This document shows, piece after piece, positions 46,447-59,000 of a DNA stretch of 64,000 bases (position 1 is its first letter; every line of letters starts with the position of its first letter). The position numbers were made by a program, and so were the translations under genes. The stretch is from assembly GCF_000002075.1 (NCBI RefSeq), contig NW_004798332.1, positions 82,083-146,082 on the forward strand. The letters are read 5' to 3'. The notes under the pieces were generated by a model, which saw only the letters and a program-made list of their open reading frames with translations, made no database searches and was not told where the DNA came from. This stretch comes from Aplysia californica (Eukaryota).

Positions 46447-47218
46447 ACTACATGTTTTGTCATGTTCCTACCATTTTTGGGGGCTAATTTGTAGGCCTAT
46501 CATGTACCACGGCAAAGACGTTCAAAATCTTGGGTTTGAACAGAGAATGTTATTCTAAGATATACTGAAGTTTTACTGCAACTTGAACAGGCTTCTGCAG
46601 TGTTTCATGAAAAAGATAGATGTACCTTGAATTCTGATGTGAGGAATATATATTTTATTGAGAACCAGTATCTCAGACTTTCTGCTGGACTGCAGTATCA
46701 ATTCAAATTCAAAGTCCCCGTGGGCCCTGTCATGTTAAATGAATCAGCTATGTTGTGGATGTACAAAAACATTTACAATAAGATAACTTAAATCAACTTT
46801 GGAAACGGTTTGATCACTGGTTTTATTCTCAAAGCGACGTAATAACAAGAAATGATGATGTAAGTTAACAACACTGAACCAAATGAAAAAGAAACCACGG
46901 TTTTTCTCAACACTTGCTGCAGCAGATTTGACCCATTCACTTCAAACACACAATGCATGAACTTCTTAGAAAAAGCATGGACAAATATATGAGATATGAG
47001 ATATGAGATGACATTGGTGACACGGGAGGGAGGAATGGAGGAAGGGGGAGAGAGAGAAACTTGAGAGAGTCAGAGAGAGAGAGAGAGTATTTGTCCGATG
47101 CACACTGCGCTCATGTCAGAGGGGGCAGTCAGGACATTATTTGTAGAGGTAAGAGTTAGAGCAATGTCTTTGACTTTGACAGGAGTTTGAAGGGAATTTT
47201 AACTTTGGTCAGGTTATA

Positions 47219-47976
47219 CAGTGGAATCCTGTTATAACGAGAGGGAGGGGACCAGTGCGAAATGACCGTTATAGCAGGATTCTCGTTAGGGATCGAGTAA
47301 TAAATTCAAGGGAAATAGTAAAGTAGGCCTAATCTATGAGTTTGGTGTTTTGTTTATTCCTTTTTATATTTCACCTGATGATGATTTTGTTCAACATGAT
47401 CTCTAGGTCTTACTTGATCAAAAATCGAATCAGGTTTCTTTCTCTAGAAAGAAGGGGCTCTGGCTCTAGGCTAACTTGCCCACTGTGTTGTTCCCCTCCT
47501 CACCACACCCTGTGGGACGTTGCGTCTGCTTGCACACGTCACACATTCACTCCATCTATCACAGCATTGTGACCTCTCCATCCTGCACCAGAGAAGTGAG
47601 AGGCACGGTATGCCTTGATAATCTAGACTGGGCTGGCCTATCACGCGATGCGTTCTGCTTGTCTGCGCATGCCACACCCTCCCCACTCATTCGCTCCGGC
47701 CTTCATTGTTGGTTCGCGTGGGATCTCCCGTTCTTTGTTTCGCTGGATCACCAACAACTTTCTCAACAGGCGAGGTTTTATATATGTTTAATTGGTCTCT
47801 GTGCTGTGCACAGCAGCAGCATTATTCCGCTATAACCAACTCGCGTGACTGTCTGATTGCGCAATAGCAGTATTTTATTTACAAAGATAAAGAAGGGGAA
47901 AAAATGGGGTTTTAGAATAGTGTCTTTAGAGCAGACTTCTCGTTATTTCAGGACTCGTTATAAGTGGACTCCACTG
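47219..47976. mobile_element. Pogo/Tigger-type MITE
   Basis: TA-CAGTGGAATCCTGTTATAACGAG ... CTCGTTATAAGTGGACTCCACTG-TA. Confidence 0.85.
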
Positions 47977-50153
47977 TAGTTAAAAGTAAGGTTAGGGGCT
48001 GGACTAGGAGACAGGGAATACTATGATCAGGGTAATCTAGAAACAAGTTGTGTCCTTTGCAAGGCGTGTTGTTTGCTTTAAACTGTCCTTTGGAGTTTGG
48101 GTTTCCAAATTAACTTCATTTATATTTAGTTCAGAGCAGTTTGATTTCTAAATTTGTTTAAATTATCTTTCATCTTAATATGTATAATACAAAATAGAGT
48201 CCACTTAAATAGGATTTTGTTCCATTGGGTTTTCAATTGAGAGCTGTTGCTCAAATAAAATTTTTTAAAAGGATTTTATATTCATCTTTCAGTTTATCGC
48301 TGTTTTTAGATTAAGCATATTCAGTATTTTAAGCGGGCTCCACTGTGCATACATATATTTAGGTCGAGCACATATTTGTCTCATCAGATATACAGCTTTA
48401 AGTAGGCTGGCATGAGTTGAGACAAATTATATATATATATGTTTAGTCTACATTTACCAAACGTCTGGTACGTCGCAGATATAAAATGGCAACGCATTAG
48501 AAATCAAGGCCATCAAGACACACTGTTCTAAACAATTTTTTAAAAAATATCTGGAGTTGATATAGGAGAAGCTATATGGGCCCACAAAGGAACTAAGCAG
48601 AGCAGGATGACTCCGATTAGAATAGATACCAGACTTCAAGTGTGATGGGACCAAGAAGAAGAAGAAAGACTGAAGTCAAATTGCAAGTACTTCCTATATA
48701 TTGCAAGACTGCCGGCAAAATTGTGAACTGTGTCTTTATTGCTAACACAACTTGTACAAGGTTAATTTTTATTCAAACCACATTATATGTAACAAAACCA
48801 GACCAGATGAAATCAATGATAACATTGGTGAACGTTGAATTACCCAAAGTTCACCAAAACCTCTCTCCCCCTCTTTGATATCAATTTAGCGACGCATACA
48901 AAGGTGAGGCATTTCTTACATCAAGAAAAGTTTGGGATGAACTGACAATGCCACTAGGACATCATTTAATGCACTGAAGATATGGTCACAAAGTAGCTTA
49001 ACCTGAGAGAGCTTATTTTATTGGAAACATAGAAAGATTCTTCTCTGAGGCAGCATGGCGAAATCAGGTGCTGGTCAAAACAATGCATGAAATTATTTTT
49101 TTTAAAACGGCATTATTCTGGGCATTTTAAATTTTGCTTTCGAATTCTTTTTTAGGCTGAACACCCTTTAAGATCTTTAAGAACAAATTTCTGTGTGGTT
49201 GTTACAGAAATATATTGATTAAAGGCGCAAAAAATGTCAATTTCCAGTTTCCAAGGACGCTCAAGCTTTGGCAGCTATTTTCTTGGTAATTTTACCTCTC
49301 CCATCAGGCGACACTCCCCCCCTCCCCCACTTTCAATCGTAAATATCTCGACTTCTATTCTGTATTATTTTTTTCGCCAAACGCAAAACAAATGAAAAAG
49401 CTTCAAGATGATACCGAAAACTCTATAAGCCCCAAAATTGACAAGCGTCTGATTCTACCGCATCGTGACACATTTACATACCACTCCTTCCAGTTATTCC
49501 AGGATATATATATGCTAAATTTACACACATGAACACATACATATATATGTGTATGTGAAAGTATGTATCATATGCTTTACATTACAAACTACAAACACAC
49601 TCACACACATTTATAATGAGTGTGTGTGAGTTTGTGTGTGTTTATAACGCAGAGATGTTTTGTTTGTTTAAGTAAAAAGAAGCACCTCGAATGGTAATTT
49701 AGTGCTGGGAAAGAGTGAGACAGACTGACTGACAGACACACAGAAGTAACAGAGGGAAAGTAAAGAAGTAGGGTCTACCACTACCAATGGCACCTTCCAA
49801 CCACCTGCCAGAATGCAGCGAATTATGTCTCGTGTGTTAAGGCATTGCAAAAAAAAAAAGTTTTGAATCTCAGTCATGGCCTGACACCATGGATAAATGG
49901 TCGCTTTTAAGGACAAGGGGGCTATCCCGAAAAATGCTGTTTTGAGAAAATCTAAGGTAAAGTTTTTGCCCCTTGTTCAGTTTCATCAAAAAACAAGGAG
50001 AGTTCTCTATAACTAAACAAATATAAACACCAATGAAACCAAAGTTCTCCTACGGGGAGGGCAATGCCAACATTTAGTGTAGTGTAGGTCAAGATTTCTG
50101 GAAACCCCCGAAATCTGGGTTAGCCTGCTGGTCTTTAAAGGCGACCAAATCGT

Positions 50154-50284
50154 GACCTCAGTGCTTTCAGATCGTATCTCCATTTTTAATAACAGTGAAA
50201 ACAGTTTATAACAAAGAGTGAGCTTAAGAAGTCACATTTTCAATGTTAAAAAAGATGGAGATACGACAAGAAAGTACTGAGGTC
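50154..50284. repeat. ~130-bp inverted repeat (mini-MITE-like)
   Basis: GACCTCAGTGCTTTC..TCGTATCTCCAT mirrored by ATGGAGATACGA..GAAAGTACTGAGGTC. Confidence 0.75.
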
Positions 50285-53200
50285 GGGAAATATACAAAGC
50301 CAAAGTATATTTTATACAACAACATCACAATTCATCATTCTCCTACAGACAATCAGACTTCCTAACATTGATGTTACAGACATACTCAAGCAAAAGAAAA
50401 CACACAGCTTAGAGTCATCAATCAACCCAGACAGAGCAGAAAAATTACCTTTGTTTGTAGTTGGAGAAAAGAGAAGCACATAGACACAATAATGGTCATT
50501 TAGACACATAGCACAGAGAAACAGTAAGACACAGACAGACAAAAACAACAGAGAGAAAGGTTAGACGTAGAATCGGTCAGCCGCACCCTCCAACCACCTG
50601 CAGTTATTACCTGGAGCAGCAAAAGCTTCTGGCAAAAAACTAAGACTATATTTCTTAAGAGAACGCATGCTAGCTCATAAATATAGTCCGCAAGGAAATT
50701 TTACGAGCCTTGAAATTGGCTTGATTATTTCTGGTAAATTGAGGAGGATTACAACATTCAGACAATCCATATTATATGGTTGATCAGCTGTTCAGATGTA
50801 CTAGTACTAAAACCCGAACATTTGAAAAAAAAAAAGTTATCATAGTTCCTTAATTCGTGGTATTGGTTGCATGTGTTCAAAAAATATTTGTTGAAATTCA
50901 AACTCTAAATGTTGATAAAAAGAAAGAAAAGATGTACAAAGTAGGCACATTGTTACAAAAAAGGAATTAGTTTTTTCCCTCTCCTGAAAAATGCTTTCTG
51001 GACAGCTTGAATAGCTTGCGGACAATATATTATTGTAATGTACTTTCTGCCAGTTCATTTACTGTGTCACTTCATACAAATGGTTGATTTTTCTCTCTGC
51101 CGATACCCAAGGCCTCTGAATAACATATTATGACAATGCTACCATGAATAGAAAGTGTGGTATAAAAAAAGTACCCTGATAAGTCTTTTTTATCTGCTGC
51201 AGTTATAAGGCAACTATCTCGCTTCACAAATAAAATACTAACAAAGAAAGTCATAAACATTACTATCAGTAAATGTGACAGTATGAGTAGGTGGAAGAAA
51301 ACTGCCTGAGTTGTAGAAGTTGTTAGCTGGTGATTCTCCATTTAGTTTATGGCCCTCCTTTGGGAAGAAAGCCACATCCCAATACACTCTCAAAATAAGA
51401 CTTACCGCTCTTGATAACAGACTAGTTCTATTTGTATCGTAGTTGTCTTTTTTACAAACACATGACGCATTTATATAATCTCAGTATTCTCTGAATCTAC
51501 AGCGGAGTCCACTTAAACTCATTATCTAGTGGACTGCCGGATTTTCTTACGGTTTGATGGAGTTTCCAGTGGTTAGAGGGGTTGCTCAAATAAACTAAAC
51601 ATTGCATTAAAAGTGTTCCGTTTAAGTGGACTCCACCGTATATCGAAAAATAAAGTAATAGATCATATTATGCACAAGAGGAGATGACATAGATGAACTA
51701 GCAAAGGACAATAGCAGTGGTCCGATCCAGAATAATTGGGAACTGTAGCTAGACTTTAGATAGACCTTGTCTAGACCAAGAACAGATTAGGACTTAAAAA
51801 CGCTGAAATAAAAGGAACAGACCGCATCAACCATTCCAAAGATGCTAAAGAAAACAGATGAGTGAGTTGAAAAAACTCATTGGCAACACTGTCAGGCTTT
51901 GCCATACTCTGGTTTCATGTGGTTGACTTTTTAAATTGCAAAGAACATTTGTAATATTGTGAATTATTCACTACGTGAAACTTTGACCACGGTAACTTTC
52001 TGTAATTAACAATCAATCAAACCAAGTAAATTCCTCAAACAAGCACAAGAATGTTCCATTAGGGCGGGATGAGGGGGATATTTAAGCCATGGTCACTCGT
52101 ACTAACTATGATAGTCCAACAAGACACCAACTTAACTTACATCAGTCCATTGATCAGGGAAGAAACTTCAAGGTCACAGAAAAAGGCCTACATGAACACA
52201 ACACAGTACAAGAACAATTGACAAAGAATCGCAGTCAGCATTTTTCAATTTGAGGGGATTCCCTGATATCTCAATTAGTATCATGCTATACCAGTGTGGA
52301 CGACCCAGGTTCCAATCTCAAGTGGGGCATTCTTGAACTCAGAGTATTTGGGACATTAAATTCTATGGAACAGCCTAATTGTGTTATTAGGGAATTATGT
52401 CAGTGGCCAAGTGGTTAAGCTACCGGACTAGTAATCGTGAGGTTGCCAGACAGTGAAAGATCTTGTCAGTTTGTTAGTGTTTGAGCGCTTAACCAACTGC
52501 TTGCACTGTATGCTTCCCGGGAAGCTGAAAATGTTTCTGAGTGTTCTGTGGTCTGCTGGGGTAATAATATAGTGTAAAGCACATAGAGTCAGCTTTCGAG
52601 TGGGGACATGTGCTGTACAAATGCTATTCATTTATTATCATATAATACAGTTTGACTTTGAGTCAGATTTGAAAACCTCTTAACACAAGAACTAGGTAGC
52701 AAAAACTGTGCCTCAGTACAATTAAATAGTTCTGTCCGCAGCTGAACTGGTGAGCAAGTCACAGATAATATAACTGCTGAAGATAATATCAAAATCAAAG
52801 GACCATTGTATGAACAAGGCATTGAAGGAAAAAAAGCACTTAGTTATGTTACTCCAAAATCACATTTAAGCCAACACACTTTTTGAAAAGCAACTCGAAT
52901 CTAAATGGTCAAGATTTTTTAAAACAATTGGACAACTTGCCCCTTGTCCATTTTTACTGCATAGCAATAGGAAAAATGAAGGAGACTTCTGTCTCAATAG
53001 GCAATCAAACGAAAACCTTTTGGCAAAAAACAACATAAATTTAATTCATGATACTTCCAATTCATTTAAAACACGAAAGAAAAAAATTCTAAAAATAAAT
53101 GTTGGTACACAAGTACTGAAAAGCACTGAAACTCCTGTTGACTTCCTGAACAGAGAAGAATAAAAATGGAAAAATAATTCTGGCTAATTGATCCTGTTTG

Positions 53201-53327
53201 TCGAAAAGAAATATTGCCAGACAGTTGTCTATGACATTGTACAAAGAAAGACAATATTTTCCATAACGATTTTTTTTGGACACATAAGTGTTTTCACGCC
53301 TCCATCAAAACAATTTAAATCATTTAA

Positions 53328-54178
53328 CCCTTATCCTGCGTCTGTGCCCAGATGCGTACCTTATCAGCAACCGATTACGTCGGACGTGCCGGGCAGGCCG
53401 CCGGGGTCACTCAATGTGTACTGTTGGTGTACAATGCGCACGCCGGGAAACGTGTGTTTTCGCCATGAATACCGCGGGAGTGTGTTAACCGATGATGAAA
53501 ATAACGCTCTATCTTTCATAGCTTTCTATTTATAAAGTGTTACAAACACATGAATAACCCCCTCTCACAAGCTGATAAGACATTACGAGTAGTTACGCCC
53601 ATTCGAATAACCTTTCTGGACGCTCTTGTTGTTATGAATGACTTGAGGTTCGAAAGGGGATAATTTAGGTCAATTTCCAAATGTTGTACACTCAAATTGT
53701 TCTTTGTACCTGCACAATGGTATTCAAAACTAACAAGCTTATTTTTTATCATGTAGTATCATTTCATACAAAAATCAAGCTCATTTGAAATATTTTGTAT
53801 AGAAAAATGGAAGTCTTGTTTCCTGACTATCCTTTCGAGCTCCTCATGTCTAAGTGGGTCAATTTCTTCTATAATTTCATTGGATGAACATCTCGAGCTA
53901 CCAACTTACATGCTTTGAATGAGACCTATGCCTAGATTACGAACCAACGCAGGCGGTTCTAGAAGAAGGCCACAAACGCACACAAACTCAAGCAGACTGA
54001 CGCACACACACTTGACCTGCGTGAATGGGGATTCGACTCGGGACCCGAATGACACGTAAGATGATGCGTGCTCCGCATGCGCTGAGCCAGGGGCTACACT
54101 GATTCGGGACCAGAACGTAGGCGAGGTGCCGAAATAGGCTTATCGGGTGACATAAACCCGGCTCCCGCAGGATGATGG
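53328..54178. mobile_element. piggyBac-like non-autonomous element
   Basis: TTAA|CCCTTATCCTGCG ... CGCAGGATGATGG|TTAA. Confidence 0.75.
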
Positions 54179-54687
54179 TTAAGACATGGGCTACTGATCC
54201 TGCGTGTCAGGGCCAACCCAGGCTCAAAGGAATACAACATCCCAGCTGAAAGATCAAGATGCACGATAAAAATTTCTCCCCACTTGGGAATCGAAGCCCC
54301 TAACTACTACACCACGGGTCCTAATGATTTAGGCACAGCATGTCCGATCAAAGCAAAAATTCTCATACCCTGAGAACATCAGTCTTTAGACACATTGAGA
54401 CTACGCTGTTTTGAGTCCTTGACGACTGAACGGACAACAAATAATTCATAACAGCAAAGCAGTATGTCATATCAATCCCAAGCAGACTACAGTGTTGGGT
54501 CAATCACACTCTCAACATCTTATACAAACACAGAAAACTACGACACTGAAACAAACACCAAGAAAATAACAAGTTTCGGCACTTTGGAATAGTTCATGAA
54601 CTGTTCAGTTCCAGTTCCAGTCTCATCTCTCACAGACAGGACACCACATTCCAACAAAAGACAGAAGAAAGAAGAAAACTTTTAGGG

Positions 54688-54870
54688 CAGTGGTTCTCAA
54701 CCTAGTTGGAGTTACTGAACACCTCAAGTTTTCGTACATGCATTCACCCAACCCTATGATGGGGTAAACGGAATGGACACATAAATACACACAAGCAGTG
54801 TATGTACCAAAACCCTTGAGACTGACTCACCAAACCTTGGGGTGTGATCGAACCAGGGTAAGAAACACAG
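54688..54870. mobile_element. hAT-Charlie-like MITE, degenerate
   Basis: CAGTGGTTCTCAACCT left terminus; degenerate GGTAAGAAACACAG right terminus. Confidence 0.5.
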
Positions 54871-55870
54871 TTGAGGGACTGCCAGCCTGCTTTTCTTTTG
54901 ACAACAGTACATCATGAGGGCATTTCGAAGTTGGAACCCGCCATCATAGTCACTTTTCAAAATGGCATATGGCAGTTTTACACAAAGCAGTCGGTGTGTG
55001 GTCTTACTAGGGGATGCAACAATTCAGAATTATGGGAAATTTGGGAGCAGGGCTCTTCGATCCTGGCGAGATGTGTGTTGGGATCCCATATCGGAGCAGA
55101 AAGATTGAGATCCTTGATAAAATCTCCCACACCTGGAATCAACTTTATGTCTTTTACCTCCAAGTCCCACCATACTAGAAGATGAAATTATAAATCTCAT
55201 TGAAATTGGAAAAATGCAAAAGGCCACAATTTATTCCCATTAGAAAAGTAGAGATATTTTAAAAAATTGACACTGATTCTGTCCTTCTGCTTGCTTATGA
55301 CTTTAAATTTGGATAGCCACATTCTCAGATCACCTTCATCATCATCATCCTCACATTAATGTCCTTCAATGGTGAAAAACAAAGACCCGCTGTCAAACAT
55401 CAGGCACACAGGGACAATTATTCCTAAAAGGATAAGATATGAACCCCGAACTTCAATGCCTTGGTCAAGTTCATGAACCAGCAGAGCAACAGTCATCAAC
55501 ATGCAGGTGCAAACCCGTATTCCTTTTTGACAGAAGTGAAAGAATAAGTGTACAGAAAAGTGTCCACTAACATGAGACAACGAACTCCACACACAAACAT
55601 ACAAGATTTAACAAAAAGCCCTATTCCATTATAGTATAAATAAACAACAACGTCATGTCATTATACACAAAGCAGTTCTTAACATAAACCACTTGGAACA
55701 GAATTAAGAAAAAGGGCTGATAGCTTTATCAAATAAACTACCCTCAGCTGGTCGGCAGAATTTTCAGTCCTTTTCCAAATAACAGGCAGTTTTCAATAAT
55801 GAAAAAAAACAACAAACAACAACAAAAACTAGTAATTGTCGACAAAGTAGAAACTACAACCACACAATCA

Positions 55871-56074
55871 TCAACTGCTCGAGCCCAGTTTGGCGACTAC
55901 GGCCGAGAAAAACTCGTCCGTCTCCAGTTTTTGCTGCGAGGTGACTGAGAAGAGCACTGCCCAGTCGCTGAGCTGCTTGTGGTAGACGGCCCTTTCTTGA
56001 GGGGACAACAGCGGCGAGTGCAGACAAACCTCCATCAGCTTTTTAATACTGGCTCGTGAGCTGGGGAACGGGGC
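55871..56074 (-). CDS. GEMIN5: GEMIN5 last coding exon
   Basis: ttccag|GCC CCG TTC CCC...AGC AGT TGA; APFPSSRASIKKLMEVCLHSPLLSPQERAVYHKQLSDWAVLF... Confidence 0.88.
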   Translation of the reverse strand, partial: APFPSSRASIKKLMEVCLHSPLLSPQERAVYHKQLSDWAVLFSVTSQQKLETDEFFSAVVAKLGSSS

Positions 56075-59000
56075 CTGGAAGAAAGGAAGGAAGGGAATTT
56101 AGTTAAATTTTTGTAAAAGTTCAACAGCACTTGTAACATAAGGTCAAATAAGTGCCGAAGATTATACACAAAAGAGGAGGAGAGATTAGGACAAACCACA
56201 CCAGAACACCCTCCAACCACCTGCAAAGAAGGAAGGAAATACGGAGTGAGACTACAAGAAAAGGGGGGGGGGGGAGGGGTAGATTAGAAAAATGTACGAC
56301 TTGTATAATGAGCTTGATGATCATGGGTGAATGAAGGTCTTGCAGTACTTACACTGGGAAAGAACATGATAGAACGGAACCCATTACAGCTTGTCCCTCA
56401 TGAAATTATCATAATTTTTTTTGTAAATGTTGAGCCTTTAGGTTTTAAGTACAGTTGAACTTGCTCTGACAGCCCCCTGTATAAAACAATCATCTGCACA
56501 AACTGCCACATTCCATTTCCCTCTCTTGTGTGTATGGGTTTTTTTGTTGTTGTTGTAAATGATTTATAGGCACTGTGTAAGATATCTACCTGTATAAAAT
56601 GATGACTTTTCTCTTCCATAATGGGTGGTCATCTTAGATAGAATTATGACAATCGTAATCGGTTTTTAAAACATTATATAGATATGTGTATAGGGCACTT
56701 CTTTTCATATCGTGCAGGCAGTCAAGTTATCAGCAAAAAACCATGTTTTTGAGTTGGACACAAGCTATTATAGTCAAATGAAAGAAAGAGAGACAAAGAA
56801 ACAGACACAGAGAAAAAACAAGATTAAATCACACATTTTACAAAGGTTTTAGTAGAGGTTTTACAGCGCTCGCAACTGCATACGGTCAATGAGCGCCAAG
56901 GGGTGGATGTCAATAGAGAAGTCCTTAAATTAAGTTAAAGGGAATCAGGCTTACTCTGCTTACCTCTCGAGCTTCAACAGCACAAAATCTGCTAAGACTA
57001 TCAAGGCACCCCGGAAATAGCAGGTCACAAGAGTGTGACAAACATACAAATTGAAAAGAAGTAGAGGAAAATGACGATAGTAAGGATTAGGAAAGAAAAA
57101 GCAGCAGTTCCCAGTTGCAGTTCAGACACAGTTGTGAGCATGACATTGATGAATCAGCCCATTTACAATTCTACAGGGCATAAATTAAGAACATGCTAAT
57201 GCCTCCCCTTTGGGAATGGCCTTAAGACACTTCAGTCAGTAGCATCGCCCCCGTGGGTGTAATCACACGATGATTACCTTAGAAGTATCAGGAACTCTCT
57301 TCAACTCCTGTGACAAGGCTTCCTGCTCCTGTTTCAGCATGGTTAGGCTCACATAAGGCTGAAAGTACTTGACGTCTACCGGCAATTCATCCCAATCAAC
57401 GGGCACCCCTCCCGCATCCCGCGCCATCGAGCCACTGGGGCTCAGAGGGCCTGAGTCAATGTCCTCTGGAGAGCCTCGGTTGTCCATCCATAGGATCTGG
57501 GGCATTAAAATTTGGAGCATTGACAAAAACACAACAAAAAAATGAGAATGAAAAATTCTTGAACAGATCTTGCATAAAGTACACACGTACGCTGAGAATG
57601 ATACCTTCAAAACTAAAATGAAAAAAAAAAAAGCTTTCTCACTGCAGCTCATGCCCTTAGAATGAGGAGTTTAAACCCATGATGCAGTTTTGAGAAAAAG
57701 GGGATTCAAAGATTCACAATCTAAAAGCTGAAATGTTTTTTTTACATTTCATTTGTTAATCATCAAAATAAAAAAAAAAAATTAAAAATACAGGTCTGTT
57801 TGCCTTAAGCCTTTAAAATACATTGTACAGGATATATGTGTCCCAACAAGGTGGAATCAGGCGCCTGTCAATTTTTGGGTTTGTGAAGTTATTGCTGCCA
57901 TGTAAAGATTGTTCATTTGCCTATCTTTCAAAGGAAAAAATACCATATTGTTGTCATCGTAAAGCTTGTTCATTTGCGTATCTTTCAATGGACAAAATAC
58001 CAATCTATTTCGAATAGAAGTTCATATTTGAGATTGAAGGAGGTGGGGGTAGCCTGGTTTCAGATGTAAAATTAGCAAGAAAATGGCTGCCAAAGTTTGG
58101 TGAATTCTATAGCTTGAGAGTCCTTTGGAACTGAAAATGTACACTGTTGTGCCTTTCTTCCATCTATTCTCTTTGAATTGGATGTTTAATTTAGTTTAGA
58201 GAACAAGAAAGGATTTTGTCGCACTTGCAACACAATAAAGTCATCTAAATGTCGACGATTAGAGATGTTACATTAAATTTGGAGGTTCTTACTCTCAAAT
58301 AGCTGTTCAGTGTGGAAAGGGAAGCAAAAACAGATACTGTACCAAGCAAAAGAGTAGGGCCACTACTCACCTTTCGAGACTTCTGAGAGCTGGACAAGTA
58401 ATCCGTAAAAGATCCCAGCAACTCCTTCTCAACTTGGAATCCTATAACGTTCGACTCCATCTTCCCTTCCAGTGGGCTTGTCGGGGTGTTGCTGTGAGCC
58501 ATGGGCTCCGAAAGGCTGCGGATGGGACCTCTGTACCCACCGAACTCTAGTCTCGGTGACAGGGAAGTGGGTGTTGTGGTCGACGGAGGAGTGACCGAGC
58601 CAGGCTGTCCTGTGGCACCGACATGAGCACCCTTCAGGATATCTGGGGTGCCAGAGAGCACAGGGGACGTAGCAGCCGCCGGGACAGAGGACAACTGGGG
58701 ACGATGAGAACCGCCGTCTTCTTCCCCATGAGCCCCACCGTCTTTGCGGGAAGAGCTTCCGGAACTTTCTGACTCAGGACCTTCTTCTGAGGAGACAGAA
58801 GTCCGGTTGGTCAGGAGGTGCTGGGAGATGGCGCGATGAATGTAGCCCAGAGTCTCGGTCAGAGCTTCCCGCTTGGCCTGCACATCCCAGAGAATTCCTT
58901 TAGAGAGACGGAGCAGGTTCCTGAAGCTGATCTGACCCCGCGTGGTTACGGACGGTGATGTTGCTGATGCTGTTCCCGTGCTAGAGGTGTTCGGTGATAG

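Noticed and set aside
54871-55227. Overlapping short ORFs downstream of GEMIN5
   Set aside because: No recognisable domain or splice context; probably 3' UTR or intergenic
56964-56988. Possible 25-nt stop-containing micro-exon in the last GEMIN5 intron (minus, cag|...GAG|gtaagc)
   Set aside because: Only splice-like dinucleotides support it; weak pyrimidine tract and no transcript evidence
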